Assembly: GCA_016184345.1 (NCBI GenBank) | Contig: JACPCV010000005.1 | Span: 97,017-161,016, forward strand | DNA length: 64,000 nucleotides | Source: Candidatus Woesearchaeota archaeon | GTDB lineage: Archaea > Nanobdellota > Nanobdellia > Woesearchaeales > UBA10216 | Direction of reading: 5' to 3' | Part shown: positions 8,836 through 15,715 of the stretch, one piece after another | Position numbering within the stretch: position 1 is the first letter of the stretch | Layout: each line of letters starts with the position of its first letter | Program-made: the position numbers and the translations under genes | Notes under the pieces: generated by a model | Database searches by the model: none | What the model was told of the DNA's origin: nothing | Seen by the model: only the letters and a program-made list of their open reading frames with translations

Positions 8836-10065
8836 ATGGCAGAGCCTGCCTATTTGCTTATGTACGCTGCTGCCGCATTTGCAGGCATTATTGCTGGCAT
8901 GTTCACAGGCATCCTTCCAGGGCTGCACATAAACCTCGTGGCGGTTATTGTGGCGTCAATATTCTACACAACTGCCGTAACGGCTTCTTCACATTCGCTT
9001 GCAGTTGCCATCTTCCTCCTTGCCATGTCAATAAGCCACGTGTTCCACGAGTTCCTGCCGTCTGTTTTCCTCGGCTTTTCAGAGTCTGATGCAGCCCTTG
9101 CTGTCTTGCCAGGGCACAGGATGCTGCTGGAAGGGCAGGGAAGGAAGGCAGTTCTCCTCGCAGCTTTTGGCGGCCTGGCAGGTGTTATGGCGCTTGTCAT
9201 GCTTTCGCCGCTGCTCCTGCTGGCAATAAAGCCGCTGTTTTACGCTGCAAAGGACAACATAGGGCTGATACTGATTGCGGTGATTGCAGTACATTTCCTG
9301 AAGAACCGAAGGCCAAAAACCTTTGCCATAAGCGCACTGGTGCTGCTCCTCTCCGGCTCATTCGGCATTGCAGTCTTCAGCCTGCCCAGCATTCGCGAAC
9401 CTCTCCTGCCAATGTTTGCAGGGCTGTTCGGGCTCAGCTCGCTAATCAGCGGATTGCTAAACCGGTCTTCCTTTCCCCCGCAGCAGCAGACAGCAGCCAT
9501 CAAAGTGAAAAACCCCCTGAAAGCCGCAAAGCTCCTTGCTGTAGGGATATTTTCAAGCTCGCTTATGGGGATGTTCCCGGCACTTGGCCCTGCCCAGGCC
9601 GCGATGATTGGAACCGCAACGCTAAGGAGGATTAGCGCTCCTGCGTACATGTTTCTCCTTGGAGTAATCTCCTCTGCCTCAATGCTTTTTGCAGTCCTGA
9701 CGCTTTACTCGTTCGGAAAGGCGAGAAACGGCTCAATAGCAGTGATGGGTGACATGATTGGGATAACAGGGAATAGTGTCATTATGCTTCTGGTTGTAGC
9801 GGTTATTGCGGCAGCGCTGTCCTGCGTAAGCGTGATTTACATTTCCAGACTGTTCTCTGCAGCTGCAAAAAAAACAAATTACCAGCTACTGAGCTTTATT
9901 GTTATAATTTTCCTGATTGCTGCCGCAGCCGTTTTTTCCGGAGCAGTCGGTCTCCTTGTCCTATCAGTCGCAACAGCCATAGGCATGGTTCCAGTGCTGA
10001 CACGGTCAAGCAGGCAGCTGCTCATGGCGTGCCTGATGGTGCCTGTGATTGGGTATTATATGTGA
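8836..10065 (+). CDS. TctA/DUF112-like polytopic membrane transporter
   Basis: 409 aa with about 10 TM segments. Duplicated G.(L/F)PG(L/A).. motifs (GILPGLHINL; GMFPALGPAQ). Confidence 0.5.
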   Translation: MAEPAYLLMYAAAAFAGIIAGMFTGILPGLHINLVAVIVASIFYTTAVTASSHSLAVAIFLLAMSISHVFHEFLPSVFLGFSESDAALAVLPGHRMLLEGQGRKAVLLAAFGGLAGVMALVMLSPLLLLAIKPLFYAAKDNIGLILIAVIAVHFLKNRRPKTFAISALVLLLSGSFGIAVFSLPSIREPLLPMFAGLFGLSSLISGLLNRSSFPPQQQTAAIKVKNPLKAAKLLAVGIFSSSLMGMFPALGPAQAAMIGTATLRRISAPAYMFLLGVISSASMLFAVLTLYSFGKARNGSIAVMGDMIGITGNSVIMLLVVAVIAAALSCVSVIYISRLFSAAAKKTNYQLLSFIVIIFLIAAAAVFSGAVGLLVLSVATAIGMVPVLTRSSRQLLMACLMVPVIGYYM

Positions 10066-10245
10066 TTGAAAATGCTGAGGATAAACAAGAGGCATCCAAC
10101 AGGAAGATGGGAAGTTTCCTTGATTGAGCTTCAAAGCAGCTGAGGAAAGAAATTCAAAGTGACCAGAAGGCTGCCGGAGATGTCTGTTGCAGAAACTAAG
10201 GTATTCATTTCAAAGAGAAAAGCAAAGAGGCGATTTAATGAATGG

Positions 10246-10551
10246 CTAAAATAATTGGCCTACTTTCTCTGTCAGTGCCTTGATAAGCTCTGGTTGGCCA
10301 TACCGGTAGACGTCTGGTATGTCAAGCGAAAGGATGCGCTTCTGCAGATACTGCTTTGGAAAACGGCTTGCAATTTCTGCCCTTTGCGAATCTTCCATAA
10401 CTACAACAACGTCTGCCCAGGAAAGCTGTTTTTCACTTACCGGCTTTTCGTTGTAAAGCCCTGCAGATTTAGTCTGGAATTTCCCTTTGAAGATGCGTTC
10501 CGCCGTCTTGCTCCTATTCAGGTTCTGGTTGCAGATGAACAGGACATTCAT
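10246..10551 (-). CDS. Low-molecular-weight phosphatase / ArsC-like protein
   Basis: ATG at 10551 gives MNVLFICNQNLNRSKTAE, which is the CX5R(S/T) P-loop. Confidence 0.7.
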   Translation of the reverse strand: MNVLFICNQNLNRSKTAERIFKGKFQTKSAGLYNEKPVSEKQLSWADVVVVMEDSQRAEIASRFPKQYLQKRILSLDIPDVYRYGQPELIKALTEKVGQLF

Positions 10552-10600
10552 GAAGTGCTCAATCGCGAACTGTAAATTTAAATGTTGTGAAATTTCCAAT

Positions 10601-10837
10601 TTAATTAAGCTTCAGCGCCTTCTTCAGCGCGTTCTTGTCAAAGCCGACTATGAACTGGCTGTCAATCTCAGTCACAGGAACGCCCATCTGGCCTGACTTC
10701 TCAATCATGCGCTGCGCTGCCTTCTGGTCAGCAGCTACGTTAACATCCTCGAACGGGATGTTGTTCTCCTTCAAAAACTCCTTCTCCTTGTGGCACCACG
10801 GGCACGTTGGAGTGCTGTAAACAGTCACTTTTGGCAT
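10601..10837 (-). CDS. Glutaredoxin-like protein
   Basis: VTVYSTPTCPWCHKEKEFL (CPWC active site) and GVPVTEI. Confidence 0.8.
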   Translation of the reverse strand: MPKVTVYSTPTCPWCHKEKEFLKENNIPFEDVNVAADQKAAQRMIEKSGQMGVPVTEIDSQFIVGFDKNALKKALKLN

Positions 10838-10913
10838 ACTTCATTACCTCCTCAATTTCTTTTTTTGTGTTGCTGTCAGCACAAGCTGCTATAAATACTT
10901 AACGCTTGGTAAG

Positions 10914-10987
10914 CGCCCTCTCCGGGATTTGAACCCGGATTAAAAGCTCCGGAAGCTCTTGTCATGTCCGGATTAGACCAAGAGGGC
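10914..10987 (-). tRNA. tRNA-Arg (CCG), intron-less
   Basis: The reverse complement folds as GCCCTCT/AGAGGGC acceptor, anticodon arm AGAGC-TTCCGGA-GCTTT, and T-arm CCGGG-TTCAAAT-CCCGG. Discriminator G; no encoded CCA. Confidence 0.85.
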
Positions 10988-11001
10988 ATGAACAGACATT
11001 A

Positions 11002-11115
11002 AAACGCCCCCACTGGGAATCCGCGCCCTGATGGGCTTGGAACCCAGTGGATGGATGGCTAAACGCCCCCACTGGGTGACTTCGCCTTTCGGCTCAGGAC
11101 CCATTGGTGGCTAAA
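11002..11115 (-). repeat. Two extra tandem copies of the tRNA-Arg 3' end (T-stem plus acceptor plus trailer)
   Basis: aaacgcccccactggg occurs at 11002-11017, 11061-11076 and 11113-11128; the last copy belongs to the tRNA at 11116-11248. Copies 2 and 3 have T-stem-like helices closing non-tRNA loops. Confidence 0.8.
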
Positions 11116-11248
11116 CGCCCCCACTGGGAATTGAACCCAGATCTCAGCCTGCCTGCTGACGGATACTCGCCGTCGTTTTTGGGTTGAACCTTTTTCGCAA
11201 AAAAGGGTCATTCGCGGGGCCGCATCTTGTCCGTTGGACCATAGGGGC
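11116..11248 (-). tRNA. tRNA-Arg (GCG, tentative) with a ~61-nt anticodon-loop intron
   Basis: Acceptor GCCCCTA/TGGGGGC. Anticodon stem CGGCC/GGCTG with loop CCGCGAA (C33 is atypical). Intron about 11150-11210, starting TGACCCTTTTTT. T-arm CTGGG-TTCAATT-CCCAG. Confidence 0.65.
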
Positions 11249-11250
11249 AT

Positions 11251-11340
11251 GACCTTCTTAGGAAGAATGTCACCGGAGAGGTGACATCCTTCGGCTACCC
11301 GCCGAAGTAAGGCCAATCAAGAAGCCTTCTCTTAAGCGGT
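11251..11340. repeat. Array of four short hairpins directly upstream of the tRNA-Arg(GCG) 5' end
   Basis: ttctt/aagaa, gtcac/gtgac, cttcggc/gccgaag and agaag/cttct stems. On the tRNA strand the segment begins GCCCCTT (11362), which mimics the tRNA 5' acceptor strand. Confidence 0.6.
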
Positions 11341-11368
11341 CGAACGCATTGTGTTGAAGGGGCGTTTA

Positions 11369-11469
11369 AATATAGAGGACTTTGAATAACCCCTATTTAT
11401 CACTTTTGTTCAAAGTCCTCTAAGACAACTTTGACACTTTACAGATAGATAATCAAAGTTGTCTATATT
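11369..11469. repeat. ~100-bp double-hairpin repeat 'X', copy 1
   Basis: Near-identical to the reverse complement of 30779-30920, except for a 43-nt insertion in that copy and a different second loop. Stems are agaggactttgaa/ttcaaagtcctct and agacaactttga/tcaaagttgtct. Confidence 0.9.
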
Positions 11470-11537
11470 GCTGTGGCGGCAGCCGCGGAGTGGCGGCGGC
11501 AAAAGCTTATTAACTATTGCCTTTTCCTGACACTTCC

Positions 11538-12278
11538 ATGCTGCAGCGTCTACAAAAAATACTCTCGGCAGCGGGGATCGCTTCCAGGAGGAAGAGCGAG
11601 GAGCTAATCCTGCAGGGCAGGGTTCTGGTCAACGGGAAGCCAGCCATCCTGGGGCAGAAGGCTGATGCTGAGAAAGATGCCATCACTGTTGACAACGTCA
11701 GGATAGGCGTGGAGAAGAAAAAATACATCCTTCTTTACAAGCCCTCAGGCTACGTCACAACAACGGCAGACAAGTTCGCGAAAAGAAAGGTTACAGACCT
11801 TATAAACATGCCTGAAAGAGTTTACCCGGTAGGCAGGCTTGACGTTGATGCTGAAGGCCTGCTCATCCTGACAAATGACGGCGAGTTCGCAAACCGGCTT
11901 ATGCACCCAAGGTTTGAAGTTGAGAAGACATACATGGTCAAGCTGCGGCAGAAGCTCCATGATGATGACATTGAGCAGATAAGGCGGGGGGTGTTTGTTG
12001 ACGGAAGAAGGGTTGCTGCGAGGATAAAGCTGCTCCAGAAGGATATAGCTGAAGTTACCGTGCACGAGGGCAGGCACAAGATAGTGAAGAGGCTCTTCAA
12101 GCAACTTGGCAACTATGTGCTTAGGATAACGCGGACAAGAATAGGCAGCGTTGGAATCGGAAAGCTCAAGCCAGGCATGTGGAGGGAGCTGAGCAGGGAA
12201 GAAGTGGCTGCGCTAAGCGAAGAATCCGGAAAACACGCTGGTTCCAATCTTCATGGCCACAAAGTACACGACCTGTGA
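11538..12278 (+). CDS. RsuA/RluB-family pseudouridine synthase with S4 domain
   Basis: LQKILSAAGIASRRKSEELILQGRVLVNG (S4 domain) and GRLDVDAEGLLILTNDG (catalytic Asp motif). Confidence 0.85.
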   Translation: MLQRLQKILSAAGIASRRKSEELILQGRVLVNGKPAILGQKADAEKDAITVDNVRIGVEKKKYILLYKPSGYVTTTADKFAKRKVTDLINMPERVYPVGRLDVDAEGLLILTNDGEFANRLMHPRFEVEKTYMVKLRQKLHDDDIEQIRRGVFVDGRRVAARIKLLQKDIAEVTVHEGRHKIVKRLFKQLGNYVLRITRTRIGSVGIGKLKPGMWRELSREEVAALSEESGKHAGSNLHGHKVHDL

Positions 12279-13253
12279 GCCGATAAAAAGGAAAGGCAGG
12301 AACTTTATACCGCCCTTGATGCTTCCCTTGCTTATCAGGGAAACTATCATGCTTGCAAACAGGGAAAGGACCATGAGGGAGTATCTTGAGAAGTCCCTGA
12401 ACGTTTCAGGAGCTATTGAGGCGTTGCCGAAATGGATGGGCAGGCCGGCAGCAGCGCTTTCTGCGCCTGACGCGCTTATCCTCTCCCCAAGGCCCTGAAG
12501 TATGGTAAGGAACTGGAACGAAAGCGTAAAAAGGCCTGGTGCAACAACCATGACGATTACAATGACGAAGATGACGTAAGACAGGTTGGTCGCGGCCATC
12601 TCGGACTTCAGCTCCTTCGTTTCCTCTATTGTGTCAATTACCCGGTCAATGACGTCAGCAGTCCTGCCGCCTCCCTTCATGCCTTCAAGGATAAGGTCAA
12701 ACGACCTTCTCAGCATTGGCGAGTCATACTTGCCCGTGAACTCAGAGATTGCAATGTCGACATCGGCTCCGGTCATGACCTTCTTTGCAGCGAGCCTGAC
12801 TTCCTGGCCCAGTATCCCGAACTCAGGCTTGATTGCGCTCCACAGAGACTTCTCGAACGGCATGCCGCCCTTAAGGTTTTCAGACACCAGGCGCAAAAAG
12901 TCAGGAAGCACTGCCTCCATCTTCTTTGTCCTGTTGAAAATCCTGAGGTCAAGGTACAGGTAGATTGCAATAAAGATTCCTGCCAGCACAGCGCCGTGCA
13001 CGATTGTCCAGGCTATTATCGCAAACAAAAACTGGATTGCCGGATTTGAGGTTTTCTCAACTATCACCCTCCAGATAGTGAACATGAAAATGTAAGCTAC
13101 AGGGATTATGCTGAGCCAGAAGAACAGGCCCATGTAGCCGTAAGGCACTTCAGCAATCCCGCTCTTTGCCAGGTAGCCCCTTAGCTTTGGCCTGAAGCGC
13201 TCAAAGATGAACGCCTTTCCAACGCCCTCAAACAATTCGCCGCTGAACCCCAT
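12213..13253 (-). CDS. Type IV pilus platform protein, T2SS-F/TadC/EpdK-like
   Basis: 346 aa. TM segments flank a cytoplasmic T2SS-F-like domain (LRLVSENLKGGMPFEKSLW...LILEGMKGGG). In an operon with the ATPase. Confidence 0.7.
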   Translation of the reverse strand: MGFSGELFEGVGKAFIFERFRPKLRGYLAKSGIAEVPYGYMGLFFWLSIIPVAYIFMFTIWRVIVEKTSNPAIQFLFAIIAWTIVHGAVLAGIFIAIYLYLDLRIFNRTKKMEAVLPDFLRLVSENLKGGMPFEKSLWSAIKPEFGILGQEVRLAAKKVMTGADVDIAISEFTGKYDSPMLRRSFDLILEGMKGGGRTADVIDRVIDTIEETKELKSEMAATNLSYVIFVIVIVMVVAPGLFTLSFQFLTILQGLGERISASGAESAAAGLPIHFGNASIAPETFRDFSRYSLMVLSLFASMIVSLISKGSIKGGIKFLPFLFIGSQVVYFVAMKIGTSVFSGFFA

Positions 13254-13267
13254 TTCAAGTCACTGCT

Positions 13268-14086
13268 TCACAGCTCTACCATCGGCCTTGCTGACTTAAT
13301 CAGCACCAGGAAAAAGCCCTGGAGCACCGCCAGCAAAAAAAGGATGCCATACATCACGCTGCCGCTTATCTGCAGGTTGATAAAGCTGCCTATGATCAAA
13401 AACATCGTAAGGCCAAGTGACGGCGCCACACACGCCATGACCATGTAGAAGAGCATTAGCGAGTTGAGCTTCTTGCCATACTCTTTAATCTCTATAACCT
13501 GCTCGTTGGCTATTGCAGCCAGGGTCGCCTTCAGGGGGCCTGTCACGTCAGTTCCTGTTTTCAGGGTTGTAACGAGTTGCCAAAGAACCCTCCTGAACTT
13601 TTCCGATGACGTGTAATTCCTGGCTTCCTCAAGCGCGTCCTCAACAGGGACGCCTGTGTTAATCTGGTCAACTATCTCCCTGAAATATTTCGCGGCAATG
13701 CCGTAGCCCTTTGAGGCGTCAACGAGCGTTGCGATTATCGGGCTGCCTGACTCAAGCTTCATCAGGAGGTATCTCCCTGCAAAAAGCACGTCCTTGTCAA
13801 TCTCGCGCTGCCTCTTCCTGATTACGCCCTTTGGCGCGTTTACGAGGAAAAAAAACACCATGATAAACGAAGCAGCCATGGCAACCAGCACTATAACCAG
13901 CACTTTTTGCGGAGGCATTGTTTTTGCCGTAACAAAGAAGGCGGTTGCCGCCAGCGCAAACGCTGCATAGAACGCGAGCCGAAGCGCCCTTTTGACATAC
14001 TGCTCAGGATTCTGCTTTATGTGAGCCATCCTCAATGCTTTCTTCAGGCCAGGAAGCTTCCTCACCACTATGCTTTCTATTCCCAT
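13268..14086 (-). CDS. Type IV pilus platform protein, T2SS-F/TadB/EpdJ-like
   Basis: 272 aa. T2SS-F-like domain (LMKLESGSPIIATLVDA...QLVTTLKTGTDV) followed by TM helices. Confidence 0.7.
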   Translation of the reverse strand: MGIESIVVRKLPGLKKALRMAHIKQNPEQYVKRALRLAFYAAFALAATAFFVTAKTMPPQKVLVIVLVAMAASFIMVFFFLVNAPKGVIRKRQREIDKDVLFAGRYLLMKLESGSPIIATLVDASKGYGIAAKYFREIVDQINTGVPVEDALEEARNYTSSEKFRRVLWQLVTTLKTGTDVTGPLKATLAAIANEQVIEIKEYGKKLNSLMLFYMVMACVAPSLGLTMFLIIGSFINLQISGSVMYGILFLLAVLQGFFLVLIKSARPMVEL

Positions 14087-14092
14087 AGAAAC

Positions 14093-15568
14093 TCACTGCA
14101 TTCTGAACTTTCCGGCATAATATTTCGCCATGATGAGGCCAATCTTGTGGACGTCAGTTATCTGCTGCGAAACAAGCCACTTGAGTATGCGCGCCTTTTC
14201 CTGGAGGTCCTTACTAATCTCGTCAGGGCTCATTCCCGTGTAGAGGCCAAGCGTTTCAAGCACCCTGCCCGGAGAGGCAATCTGGACAAGCTTGTCCTTC
14301 ATCACATCCAGCTGGATGAGGGCCTTTGCATCGCCATTCGCCTGTATCTCTGCAAACTGGAGCGTCCTCCTGAAGCCTGTTCGCCTGTTCCTGTTCTGCA
14401 CGAGTATGGCCGAAAGGGAGGAAAGCACTGTCCTGGGAACCTCAATCGGCGGGTTGGTGAGCCTTGTTATCGTTTCCTCTGCATTGTTGGCGTGCAAAGT
14501 CCCGTAAACGCTGTGCCCTGTGTGCATTGCCTCGAAAAGGACCTCAGCCTCGGCTTTTCTCCTGATTTCACCCATTATGATGCGGTCAGGCCTCATCCTG
14601 AGCGAGTTCACGACAAGGTCAAGCATGCTGACCTCGCCCTTGCCTTCGGGGTTGGGAAGCCTTGTCGCGAGGGGAACCCAGTGCAGGGTGTTGGGCAGGG
14701 TCAGCTCGCGAGTGTCCTCTATTGAAATTATCCTCTGGTTTGGCGGGAAGAAGTTTGCAATTGCGTTCAGGGCAGAGGTCTTGCCTGAGCCGGTGCCGCC
14801 TGCTATTATCATTGAAAGCTCCTGCTGCACGCAAAGCCACACCCAGGCAGCAGTCTCAGCATCCATCGTCTTTGTCAGGATAAGGTCGGTGATTGACCAC
14901 GGCTTTTCAGAGAACTTCCTTATCGTGATTGTATTGCCCTTGCTTGAAATCGGGCTTAAAGTGGCATTCACCCTGTCTCCTGTAAGCAGGTTGGCGTCCA
15001 TCAGGGGCTGGAGCAGCGTGATTTCCTTGCCCACGTCCCTTCCGATTGTCGTGGCGTAATGCCTTATCCTTGCCTCGTTTGGTATGGTAATGTTCGTCTT
15101 GAGCCAGCCGTGCTTCCTGTGGTAAACCCATACGGGCTCCTGCGAGTTGTTAATGACGATTTCTTCCAGGTTTTTGTCCCTCAGCAGGATTTCTATGTTG
15201 CCCAGGCCGACGTTCTGCTGCATGACATGGCTCACAAGAAGGTTGGTTGTGTCATAGTCTATGCCGGGGAAGTACTTCCTGATAAGCAGCCTGATCTCAC
15301 CTTCAAACTTTTTCTTGATGTCAACGCCGCTTTCCTCGCCAAGCTGGATTGTGCCGATAACAACCTTGGAAAGGAACTCCTCCCTGAGCTTGTTGAGAAT
15401 CCTAAGCGTGGCGTCGCTTATGTTAAGGAACGAGATGGTGTATATGGGCACAGCTTCCTGCTCTGTGGTGAAAATCCTCACATCTACAACGACGCCGTTA
15501 ATGTCCAGCTTGTACGAGTCCACGAGCTGGCGCACTCCTTCAAAGCCTGCCGGTCCTGCCGTTGCCAT
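14093..15568 (-). CDS. Type II/IV secretion (FlaI/TadA/VirB11-family) ATPase
   Basis: Walker A IIAGGTGSGKTSALNA; RIISIEDTRELTL; Walker B/His box IIMGEIR...GHSVYGTLHA. Confidence 0.9.
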   Translation of the reverse strand: MATAGPAGFEGVRQLVDSYKLDINGVVVDVRIFTTEQEAVPIYTISFLNISDATLRILNKLREEFLSKVVIGTIQLGEESGVDIKKKFEGEIRLLIRKYFPGIDYDTTNLLVSHVMQQNVGLGNIEILLRDKNLEEIVINNSQEPVWVYHRKHGWLKTNITIPNEARIRHYATTIGRDVGKEITLLQPLMDANLLTGDRVNATLSPISSKGNTITIRKFSEKPWSITDLILTKTMDAETAAWVWLCVQQELSMIIAGGTGSGKTSALNAIANFFPPNQRIISIEDTRELTLPNTLHWVPLATRLPNPEGKGEVSMLDLVVNSLRMRPDRIIMGEIRRKAEAEVLFEAMHTGHSVYGTLHANNAEETITRLTNPPIEVPRTVLSSLSAILVQNRNRRTGFRRTLQFAEIQANGDAKALIQLDVMKDKLVQIASPGRVLETLGLYTGMSPDEISKDLQEKARILKWLVSQQITDVHKIGLIMAKYYAGKFRMQ

Positions 15569-15625
15569 ACACCTCTTTTAAAACCTCTTTTTCGATTTGT
15601 GGCTTATTTTAGCCGTAGCCCGCGA

Positions 15626-15715
15626 GGGTTGATAAGGCACAAGTCGTGCAAGCACGACTGTGCACAGTCGCCGCAAGGCGACTTGTGGCGGGAGCGAAGC
15701 GACTGCCCTTATTGC
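15626..15715. repeat. Long form of the palindromic element, with a twin-hairpin cassette nested in its loop
   Basis: The arms gggttgataagg (15626-15637) and cccttattgc (15706-15715) enclose cacaagtcg..cgactgtg and cacagtcg..cgacttgtg (15638-15687). It contains the stop codon of the 720-aa ORF. Confidence 0.85.
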
